DNA of 7,574 nucleotides from a virus (Duplodnaviria; Heunggongvirae; Uroviricota; Caudoviricetes): IMG/VR virus record IMGVR_UViG_2645727991_000009; one strand, 5' to 3'. Shown piece by piece: positions 1 to 5,834 of this stretch (position 1 is its first letter; each line of letters starts with the position of its first letter). The notes under the pieces were generated by a model. It saw only the letters and a program-made list of their open reading frames with translations, ran no database searches and was not told where the DNA came from. The position numbers and the translations under genes were made by a program.

Positions 1-2
1 GC

Positions 3-755
3 ATTATTCCGGATCGTCTGGCAACCGCTATTCTGAACGCAGCCGGGCGCACCTCAGCCTTCATCAGTGGTAAGGCACCGGAAATCAAACCCTCGCCCGG
101 CGGCAACACGCCATCGGGTCCGTCTGCAGATACGTCTGTTCGCACAATCTCCCTGCTGCCGGCAGCCGGAGAGGCTGCTGCGCAGGGCTGGAGCATTAAG
201 GATGGCGGAATTCAGTTGTCAGATGGTGTATTTAAGATCACCAAGCAGAGCAATAAAACCTGGTCCCTGACGCATCCGGTGGATGACGCAATTACCCTGC
301 TGACACAGGGCGGCAGACTGACCTGTAAGTTCCGCCTGTCAGGCGCACTGACCAACAATCAGTTCGGACTGGGGATTTATCTGTATACGGATGCTCCCGT
401 TCCTGATGGTGTGGCGATGACGGGTACCGGTAATCCGTTCCTGATATCGTACTTCACTCAGACCACTGACGGCAGAGTGAATCTGATGCATCACAGGAAA
501 GCCGGAAACACGAAGCTGGGGGAGTTCGGCGATTACGGTAACGACTGGCAGACGCTGGAGCTGGTGTTCACCGCCGGCAGTGCCACGGTTACTCCGAAAC
601 TGAATGGAGTGGCTGGCCCGGCATTCCAGGCCATAAAAGACAGTCTGACACTGGGACTAAATGCACTGACGCTGACGGATATTACAAAAAATGCAACGTA
701 TGGCGTTGAGATAGAAAGTCTGGTGCTGGAGATAAATGCACCGGCATCATCATAA
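3..755 (+). CDS. Hypothetical protein, 3' portion of a gene that starts upstream of the window (possible moron upstream of the lysis cassette); function unknown
   Basis: The frame is open from position 3 to the TAA ending at 755, with no ATG/GTG/TTG before the track's TTG at 216. The upstream translation ([34 protein letters not shown]...) is protein-like, not low-complexity. The product is Gly/Thr/Asn-rich, suggesting a beta-rich domain; I could not assign a family. A terminator follows the stop. Confidence 0.6.
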   Translation: MIPDRLATAILNAAGRTSAFISGKAPEIKPSPGGNTPSGPSADTSVRTISLLPAAGEAAAQGWSIKDGGIQLSDGVFKITKQSNKTWSLTHPVDDAITLLTQGGRLTCKFRLSGALTNNQFGLGIYLYTDAPVPDGVAMTGTGNPFLISYFTQTTDGRVNLMHHRKAGNTKLGEFGDYGNDWQTLELVFTAGSATVTPKLNGVAGPAFQAIKDSLTLGLNALTLTDITKNATYGVEIESLVLEINAPASS

Positions 756-841
756 AAAGTGAGCCAGTCAAATGGAAGGTATCGTTAAACTCACCGGTAG
801 TGTCAGTGGATCGTCTGAGACGCCTGCATGAGTTATCAGAG

Positions 842-872
842 CCATCAGTAGTTAACTGGTGGCTTTTTTATT
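842..872 (+). terminator. Candidate Rho-independent terminator between the upstream gene and the holin
   Basis: Stem CCATCAG (842-848), 7-nt loop, stem CTGGTGG (856-862) giving 7 bp with one G-U pair, followed by C then a TTTTTT run (864-869). It sits about 85 nt after the upstream stop. Confidence 0.5.
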
Positions 873-904
873 GTTGTCAGCTTCCGGATAACGGGAGACG
901 GGGT

Positions 905-1120
905 ATGTACCAGATGGAAAAAATCACAACAGGTGTGTCATACACCACGTCAGCGGTAGGGACGGGATACTGGTTACTGCAACTGCTGGACAAAGTCTCT
1001 CCGTCCCAGTGGGTGGCAATAGGTGTACTGGGGAGTCTGCTGTTTGGCCTGCTGACGTATCTGACTAACCTGTATTTCAAAATCAGGGAGGACCGCCGTA
1101 AGACGGCGCGGGGAGACTAA
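905..1120 (+). CDS. S: Class II holin of the phage 21 S21 pinholin type, with dual-start motif (Met1 and Met4)
   Basis: The 71-aa product [71 protein letters not shown] is nearly collinear with my recollection of S21 (two TMDs, same C-terminal [12 protein letters not shown]). GGGAGA lies 6 nt before the ATG at 905; a second in-frame ATG at 914 gives the MEK holin form. The track's 800 start is a TTG inside the terminator region and is rejected. Confidence 0.9.
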   Translation: MYQMEKITTGVSYTTSAVGTGYWLLQLLDKVSPSQWVAIGVLGSLLFGLLTYLTNLYFKIREDRRKTARGD

Positions 1121-1124
1121 AGCG

Positions 1125-1469
1125 ATGAAGAAAAAATACGAACTGGTTGTTAAAGAGATAAATAATTACCCGGATAAGATTGCTGTTACTGTGGCACTTG
1201 AAATTGGCGGGCATCCGTCGTTGTTGTTGCCACATGTGGCGATTAGTCTTGACCGTACTGAAGGTGCCACGCTGGAGTTTTACGAAGCTGAGGCGAAAAA
1301 GCAGGCGAAGCAGTTTTTCATGGATGTTGCTGCCGGGTTATGTGAAGGGGATGGTCCGTTACCGGAAAAGCGTCCCGTAATTTTAGAGGCGCAGGATGTG
1401 TTGATAACCTACAGAGGAAAACTACCGGGAATAATTACGGGTTCTCTGAAGACTCCACCGCTGGCCTGA
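1125..1469 (+). CDS. Hypothetical 114-aa soluble protein between holin and endolysin (possibly YdfR/DUF1327-like); function unknown
   Basis: The ATG is 4 nt after the holin stop with a GGGGAG-like SD upstream. The product has no TM segment or signal peptide. The position matches my recollection of ydfR between essQ and rrrQ in the E. coli Qin prophage; that family assignment is from memory only. Confidence 0.65.
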   Translation: MKKKYELVVKEINNYPDKIAVTVALEIGGHPSLLLPHVAISLDRTEGATLEFYEAEAKKQAKQFFMDVAAGLCEGDGPLPEKRPVILEAQDVLITYRGKLPGIITGSLKTPPLA

Positions 1470-1519
1470 AGACTTAACATATCCAGGGATTTGAAATCGA
1501 TAAACCCTGATAAATATCC

Positions 1520-2053
1520 ATGAACGCAAAAATCAGATACGGCCTGTCGGCTGCCGTTCTGGCGCTGATTGCCGCAGGTGCGCCTGCGCCTGAAATCCTC
1601 GACCAGTTTCTGGATGAAAAGGAAGGTAACCACACCACAGCATACCGTGATGGTGCGGGTATCTGGACCATCTGCCGTGGAGCCACCCGGGTGGATGGTA
1701 AGCCTGTTATTCCTGGCATGAAGCTGTCGAAGGAAAAATGCGACCGGGTTAACGCCATTGAGCGTGATAAGGCGCTGGCATGGGTGGAGAAAAACATCAG
1801 AGTGCCACTGACCGAACCCCAGAAAGCGGGGATTGCGTCATTCTGTCCGTACAACATTGGCCCCGGTAAGTGTTTCCCGTCGACGTTTTACAGACGGATT
1901 AATGCAGGAGATCGAAAAGGTGCCTGCGAAGCTATTCGCTGGTGGATTAAGGACGGTGGCAGGGACTGCCGTATTCGCTCAAATAACTGTTACGGTCAGG
2001 TATCCCGTCGTGACCAGGAGAGCGCGCTGGCGTGCTGGGGAATCGACAGATAA
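1520..2053 (+). CDS. R: SAR endolysin (T4-lysozyme-like muramidase, GH24, R21-type)
   Basis: The 177-aa product has a weakly hydrophobic Gly/Ala-rich N-terminal signal-anchor-release segment (YGLSAAVLALIAAGAPAP) with no Cys. The catalytic E...D...T arrangement is present (DEKEGNHTTAYRDGAGIWT). A SAR endolysin is the usual partner of a pinholin. Confidence 0.9.
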   Translation: MNAKIRYGLSAAVLALIAAGAPAPEILDQFLDEKEGNHTTAYRDGAGIWTICRGATRVDGKPVIPGMKLSKEKCDRVNAIERDKALAWVEKNIRVPLTEPQKAGIASFCPYNIGPGKCFPSTFYRRINAGDRKGACEAIRWWIKDGGRDCRIRSNNCYGQVSRRDQESALACWGIDR

Positions 2054-2192
2054 GCAGAATATTTTGCTGAAAAATGAGGTTTGCTTACATGGATGGATAA
2101 CACGAAATCCTGCAAATTGGCAAAATGTAAGTGAATAAAGTCAAAACAGTTGTTTAACACTCAGGCACCGTAATGATGCCTTTGTCATTTCT

Positions 2193-2214
2193 GCGCATCT
2201 CACGCGCATCTCAC
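2193..2214. repeat. Perfect tandem direct repeat, 2 x 11 bp (GCGCATCTCAC), in the leader of the antirepressor-like gene
   Basis: GCGCATCTCAC occurs at 2193-2203 and again at 2204-2214. It lies in the ~270-bp non-coding gap between the endolysin stop and the ATG at 2324, near a 5-bp inverted repeat AATGA-N8-TCATT at about 2172-2189. Confidence 0.5.
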
Positions 2215-2323
2215 AACACAGAACCTTTCAGGATGACCCTTGAGGATACCGGTTTGGCTGTCGGTGCCTTTCTGTGGGCTGGATTCCTGTGAGACAAGGT
2301 TCATCACTAAAAGGAAATAACCG

Positions 2324-2893
2324 ATGAATATGATGGCCGTGCCGTTTCACGGCAACTCTCTTTATGTAGTTAACCATAATGGCGAACCATACGTTCCCAT
2401 GAAACCTGTCGTTGCGGGGATGGGGCTGGCCTGGCAATCACAGTTGGCTAAGTTAAGACAGCGTTTTGCGTCAACTATAACGGAAATCGTTATGGTTGCT
2501 GAGGATGGGAAACAACGCAATATGGTGTCCATGCCACTTCGAAAACTTGCCGGCTGGCTACAAACCATTAATCCCAACAAAGTAAAACCCGAAATCCGCG
2601 ATAAGGTCATCCGGTATCAGGAAGAGTGCGACGATGTTCTTTACGAGTACTGGACGAAGGGTTTTGTCGTTAATCCCCGTAAAATGAGCGTGATGGAAGA
2701 ACTCAACCAGGCTTGTGCTGACATGAAACGGGATAAAAACATTGCCAGTGTGTTTGCTACCGGGCTGAATGAGTGGAAACAGGTTAAAGCCGCGCATGTA
2801 TCAAAAATCCGTACGCTGGTAAATGAAGCGAATATGCTGATTGATTTTGTCCTGGCTGATACAGGCAAAGGGAAAATAACAAAGGCGGATTGA
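2324..2893 (+). CDS. Phage antirepressor-like protein (P22 antirepressor N-terminal domain family)
   Basis: AAGGAA SD lies 7 nt before the ATG. The N-terminal motifs VPFHGNSLYVVNHNGEPYVPMKPVVAGMGLAWQSQLAKL and PLRKLAGWLQTINPNKVKPEIRDKVIRYQEECDDVLYEYWT match what I recall of P22_AR_N-type Ant proteins. A gene of this kind between R and Rz is, as I recall, common in E. coli lambdoid and Stx prophages. Confidence 0.75.
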   Translation: MNMMAVPFHGNSLYVVNHNGEPYVPMKPVVAGMGLAWQSQLAKLRQRFASTITEIVMVAEDGKQRNMVSMPLRKLAGWLQTINPNKVKPEIRDKVIRYQEECDDVLYEYWTKGFVVNPRKMSVMEELNQACADMKRDKNIASVFATGLNEWKQVKAAHVSKIRTLVNEANMLIDFVLADTGKGKITKAD

Positions 2894-3039
2894 TGGGGTG
2901 GCTAATGATATCAGATAAACTCATAACGCTGGTGAAGAGCCTCTGTGTACTTGTCGGCATTTCATTTTTAGTCATGCTGGTTGCCATTTTCTTTTCCACC
3001 GCCTGGCGAGTCCTGACGTTATCGGGACTGGTGGGGTGA
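2893..3039 (+). CDS. Possible small single-pass membrane protein (about 48 aa), translationally coupled to the antirepressor-like gene
   Basis: The ATG overlaps the upstream TGA (TGATG) and the ORF ends just before the Rz RBS. The predicted product [48 protein letters not shown] has one long hydrophobic stretch. It is below the track's length cut-off, and my reading and the track differ by one base here, so frame and coordinates are uncertain. Confidence 0.3.
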   Translation: MGWLMISDKLITLVKSLCVLVGISFLVMLVAIFFSTAWRVLTLSGLVG

Positions 3040-3046
3040 AAGAGAG

Positions 3047-3514
3047 ATGAACCGTGTTCTGTGTGTGGTGATTATTGTCATGGCGGTTGGCTGTGGTGCG
3101 CTGTGGCTGGCAACAAACCATTACCGTGACAACGCGCTCACCTACAAAGCGCAGCGTGATAAAAAAGCCAGAGAGCTGGAACAGGCGAATGCCACCATTA
3201 CTGACATGCAGGTGCGCCAGCGTGATGTTGCTGCGCTCGATGCAAAATACTCGAGGGAATTAGCCGATGCGAGAGCTGAAAATGAAACTCTGCGTGCTGA
3301 TGTTGCCGCTGGTCGTAAGCGCCTGCGGATCAACGCCACCTGCCCCGGTACCGTGCGTGAAGCCACCGGCACCTCCGGCGTGGGCAATGATGCCGCCGTC
3401 GAACTCTCTCCGGTTGCTGGACGAAACGTTCTCGGTATCAGAGACGGAATCATCAGCGACCAGGCAGCATTGAGAATGCTTCAGGAATATATCCGCACTC
3501 AGTGTATTAACTAG
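3047..3514 (+). CDS. Rz: Rz i-spanin (inner-membrane spanin subunit)
   Basis: The 155-aa product has an N-terminal TMD ([19 protein letters not shown]) and long stretches matching lambda Rz as I recall it ([58 protein letters not shown]). A purine-rich RBS (GAAAGAGAG) precedes the ATG. Confidence 0.92.
   Translation: MNRVLCVVIIVMAVGCGALWLATNHYRDNALTYKAQRDKKARELEQANATITDMQVRQRDVAALDAKYSRELADARAENETLRADVAAGRKRLRINATCPGTVREATGTSGVGNDAAVELSPVAGRNVLGIRDGIISDQAALRMLQEYIRTQCIN
3267..3473 (+). CDS. Rz1: Rz1 o-spanin (outer-membrane lipoprotein), embedded in the +1 frame of Rz
   Basis: It is nested entirely inside Rz. The product has a lipoprotein signal with lipobox LVVSAC and a Pro-rich mature region ([20 protein letters not shown]), collinear with lambda Rz1. 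The start could be the ATG at 3267 or the one at 3282. Confidence 0.85.
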   Translation: MRELKMKLCVLMLPLVVSACGSTPPAPVPCVKPPAPPAWAMMPPSNSLRLLDETFSVSETESSATRQH

Positions 3515-3537
3515 TATTTTTGTTATTCGGAGAATGC

Positions 3538-3762
3538 ATGAAGAAATTATTGGTAACCGTAAAGCCTTTTCAGGGAACAATTCCGTTCCGTATTTTGCAG
3601 CGTGGTCGTGTTCTTGTTGAAGGTTCGTTCAGTGGTAAATGTACGCAATTACACTCCAGGACCTTTCAGGTGAATGCCACGAATGAAGAGCTAACCGTTG
3701 AGTGTACGATGAATGCCGCTAAATGCCGCATGGTATCCGCTGCATTACAGCCAGTGTGTTGA
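3538..3762 (+). CDS. Hypothetical 74-aa protein just downstream of the spanins; function unknown
   Basis: GGAG lies 5 nt before the ATG at 3538; the track's 3520 start is an upstream TTG. The product MKKLLVTVKPFQGTIPFRILQRGRVLVEG... has no TM segment and no lipobox, so it is not Bor-like. I did not recognise a family. Confidence 0.5.
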   Translation: MKKLLVTVKPFQGTIPFRILQRGRVLVEGSFSGKCTQLHSRTFQVNATNEELTVECTMNAAKCRMVSAALQPVC

Positions 3763-4118
3763 GCGACCTTATTATTCATGCGCGGTATTGTCGCCGTATT
3801 CCTGCATTAACAGAGACCGCAGCCCGACCGGGAGAATCCTCTGCGCGAGTGTGCGGGGATAATCAAAAACGATACACACCGGGGTTTACCGCGTTAACGG
3901 AGCGCGGCGTTGTCCCCTCATGGTCGCTGGTCCGGTGCGATGGTGGAAGAAGCCGGATGTTTATCACTATTAATTGATAACACAGAAATGGATTCATTGA
4001 TTTTCAGCACGTTTTTGTATTCGTATTATTGAACATCTGTTTATTTTACTTTTAACATATTGATAATAAAAAGAGCTGTAAATCTTTAGATGAGTCGATT
4101 TTGTCCGGGGAAGTTCAA

Positions 4119-4259
4119 ATGGATTTTATGCTGACGGTTTCTGGTGTGGTTATCCTGTCCATTGCTTATACTGCAGATAAATATGGCTGCCATTTGTTAT
4201 CACGTATTGGCGCTTATTGCTCGTTGATGCTGATTTTCTCGTCGCTTTTTTTTGAGTAA
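4119..4259 (+). CDS. Possible small hydrophobic peptide (46 aa) inside the AT-rich island; speculative
   Basis: ATG at 4119 preceded by GGGGAAG about 6 nt upstream, TAA at 4257-4259. The product MDFMLTVSGVVILSIAYTADKYGCHLLSRIGAYCSLMLIFSSLFFE is hydrophobic. A weak sigma70-like promoter is possible upstream (TTGAAC 4029-4034, 18-nt spacer, TAACAT 4053-4058). The AT-rich context makes a chance ORF plausible. Confidence 0.25.
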   Translation: MDFMLTVSGVVILSIAYTADKYGCHLLSRIGAYCSLMLIFSSLFFE

Positions 4260-4297
4260 GTTATATTAATTATAACAAATAATTTTCTGTGTTTTTT

Positions 4298-4325
4298 CAG
4301 GCTATCCCGTCAGACGGGAAGCCTG
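4298..4325. other. Strong inverted repeat / hairpin (about 13 bp stem with a 1-nt bulge)
   Basis: CAGGCT-A-TCCCGTC-A-GACGGGA-AGCCTG. On the + strand the T-run comes before the stem, not after, so it is not a canonical intrinsic terminator on either strand. Confidence 0.4.
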
Positions 4326-4388
4326 TACTGCCGGGGGACGAATGGAAAACTGATGTGTCCGGTAACTGTGTGTTCTGTGAACACCATG

Positions 4389-4574
4389 TTACTTAATTAT
4401 GTAATTCATACCCGAACGCTCTGTTGACAGCCTTCTTCTGCAGGCTTCAATAACCCACGCTGAAAAGTTACCGGAACCTTTATGTTCAAGGGCGATATTG
4501 ATCTGTTCAATCATGTGATTGGGGAAACGGATATTGCGGATTGTGGTTCTGCGGGTCCGGTTTTTCGATGACAT
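4389..4574 (-). CDS. YlcI/YnfO-like small prophage protein (DUF3950-like), possibly ribbon-helix-helix fold
   Basis: Minus-strand ORF of 61 aa with GAGGAA SD 6 nt before the ATG at 4574. The segment TIRNIRFPNHMIEQINIALEHKGSGNFSAWVIEACRRRL matches my memory of the YlcI/YnfO family found next to terminase genes in DLP12/Qin-type prophages. Its pattern (beta-strand, helix, G-x-S/N turn, helix) is consistent with an RHH DNA-binding fold. Confidence 0.7.
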   Translation of the reverse strand: MSSKNRTRRTTIRNIRFPNHMIEQINIALEHKGSGNFSAWVIEACRRRLSTERSGMNYIIK

Positions 4575-4615
4575 TTTCTTTCCTCTGGTGACAAGCTATA
4601 TGGCGAGGATTTTAC

Positions 4616-4981
4616 ATGGCTGTGCTTCGTACGTTACCGGGCAGAATCAAAACTCTGAACACCCGGCGGATAAATGTCCTGAGGGGGGAACAGCGTCGTG
4701 TCAGTGGCAGTGCCCGGGTTTCCCTCAAACGTCGTATCTGGCGGAGGGATGCCGGACACTGTTGTCTCTGTAGACGCGTGGTTGACCTTTGTGACAGTGA
4801 ACTCGATCACCGCATTGCACTTCAGTTCGGTGGTGGTAATGAGGAGACGAACCTCTGGACCCTCTGTACTGAATGCCATCGCCAGAAGTCAGCGAGTGAA
4901 GCGGCGAGTGGTATGCCTGATCCGACGTTGCCTGAGCTTCCTGATGGCACGCTCAGGGCCGACGGAATCACTGGCCTGTGA
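4616..4981 (+). CDS. HNH endonuclease (phage packaging-associated HNH)
   Basis: GAGGA SD lies 6 nt before the ATG. The HNH motif is present: HCCLCRRVVDLCDSELDHRIALQFGGGNEETNLWTLCTECHRQK (Cys pairs, DH, N, CxxCH). Its position directly upstream of the small terminase subunit is typical of HK97-like phages. Confidence 0.9.
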   Translation: MAVLRTLPGRIKTLNTRRINVLRGEQRRVSGSARVSLKRRIWRRDAGHCCLCRRVVDLCDSELDHRIALQFGGGNEETNLWTLCTECHRQKSASEAASGMPDPTLPELPDGTLRADGITGL

Positions 4982-5073
4982 CCAGACCCGGGGGGGATCA
5001 TCCGGCGAAAAAAAACGATCGCCCTGGACACCGCGCCCCCTCTCACGCAGAGAAAAAATTCCCGTTTCAGGGC

Positions 5074-5199
5074 AGTTAACATGTTAACTGGCTGCCCGGG
5101 CATTTTTGCGGTTTTTATCTTTATTATTCAGTTTGTTGTGCGGAAAAAATGTTAACAGGCTTTTTCAGCAAATGTTAACCAGGCAGCAGTTAACATTTG
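5074..5199. repeat. Cluster of GTTAAC-core palindromic repeats upstream of terminase; candidate cos / small-terminase recognition sites
   Basis: A perfect 16-bp palindrome AGTTAACATGTTAACT lies at 5074-5089. AAAATGTTAACAGGC is at about 5145-5159. The inverted pair CAAATGTTAAC (5169-5179) and GTTAACATTTG (5189-5199) gives five copies of the ATGTTAAC core in about 125 bp, between the HNH gene and terS. Confidence 0.6.
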
Positions 5200-5270
5200 C
5201 GGCATGAGACGCCGGGAAAAATGGGCTGAACCATACCCGGCTGAGTGCGTTCTGGACCCGGGAGGAGGCT

Positions 5271-5834
5271 GTGCTGACAACGCAAAAACGAAAATTTGCG
5301 CTGGCGCTCATGTCCGGGAAAAACAAAACAGCGTCAGCCATTGCCGCCGGTTATTCGGCGAAGACCGCCAGGGTTAAAGGCTCGCAGCTGGCAAAAGATC
5401 CTGAGGTGCTTGCGTTTATAGCCCGTAAACAATGCGAGACGGTGGAGGTGGATGAGGTTCCTGTTTACCGGCAGAAAAAATCAGAGCAGGAGGATAAACC
5501 CCGTCGCCGTGAGGCGGCTGCAATACCACAGCCGGACGAAAACAATCTGGAGATGCCACCGTCCGCGGTGATGTCTCCTGGTATTGAATATATGGAGGAT
5601 GGTCTTCCCGATCCGGTGAAAGCCATGGGGCGGATCCTGGTGGAAAACCTCTGCATTGATCCGAAACTGGCACTGGATGCGGCCTGGCGTCTGGCGCAGT
5701 TCACGCACCATAAAAAAGGGGATACCGGGAAAAAATCGGCAAAAGGTGATGCCGCGAAAAAAGCGGCTAACCGTTTTGCGGTGCCACCGCCACCCCGACT
5801 GGTGGTGAATAACGATAATGAGGAAAGCGGATGA
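5271..5834 (+). CDS. Terminase small subunit (P27/Terminase_2-like)
   Basis: GTG start at 5271 with GGAGGAGG SD just upstream. The N-terminal motif KRKFALALMSGKNKTASAIAAGYSAKTARVKGSQLAKDPEV is characteristic of this family. The stop overlaps the terL start (ATGA). Confidence 0.88.
   Translation: MLTTQKRKFALALMSGKNKTASAIAAGYSAKTARVKGSQLAKDPEVLAFIARKQCETVEVDEVPVYRQKKSEQEDKPRRREAAAIPQPDENNLEMPPSAVMSPGIEYMEDGLPDPVKAMGRILVENLCIDPKLALDAAWRLAQFTHHKKGDTGKKSAKGDAAKKAANRFAVPPPPRLVVNNDNEESG

Noticed and set aside
67-270. Track ORF (67 aa, + strand) rich in Arg and Pro
   Set aside because: It overlaps, in another frame, the much longer protein-like reading frame that runs from the window start to 755. 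Its composition looks like an out-of-frame artefact.
800-904. N-terminal extension of the holin ORF back to a TTG at 800
   Set aside because: The extension runs through the terminator hairpin and has no RBS. The ATG at 905 has a good SD and gives a product collinear with S21.
2881-2940. Apparent one-base mismatch between my reading of the displayed sequence and the ORF track
   Set aside because: Plus- and minus-strand track ORFs are mutually consistent, so I treated this as my own reading error and did not report a frameshift or pseudogene.
877-2999. Minus-strand and alternative-frame ORFs inside the lysis genes (877..1080, 1180..1380, 1409..1633, 1474..1857, 2228..2437, 2362..2610, 2558..2797, 2641..2868, 2784..2999)
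   Set aside because: All lie antisense to or out of frame with confidently assigned genes. None has an RBS or recognisable motifs.
3075-3580. ORFs overlapping Rz other than Rz1 (3075..3263 +, 3142..3453 -, 3260..3580 -)
   Set aside because: Only the +1-frame ORF at 3267..3473 has the lipoprotein signal and Pro-rich features of Rz1. The others have no support.
3723-3977. Track ORF (84 aa, + strand) overlapping the end of the 3538..3762 gene
   Set aside because: It starts inside the preceding gene with no RBS and its product has no recognisable features. The GC-richer stretch may be a gene remnant, but I cannot support a CDS call.
4105-4125. TTCAAAT motif resembling a tRNA T-loop
   Set aside because: The flanking bases do not form a T-stem and no acceptor stem or CCA context is present.
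4424-4452. Perfect -35 hexamer TTGACA on the + strand
   Set aside because: There is no acceptable -10 hexamer at 16-18 bp spacing (TCAATA or CAATAA), and it lies inside the minus-strand YlcI-like coding region.
4519-5103. Alternative-frame and antisense ORFs around the HNH gene (4519..4773 +, 4634..4879 -, 4698..5087 +, 4822..5103 -)
   Set aside because: They overlap the HNH gene, whose frame carries the clear motif, or run through the repeat-rich intergenic region. Typical of spurious ORFs in GC-rich DNA.
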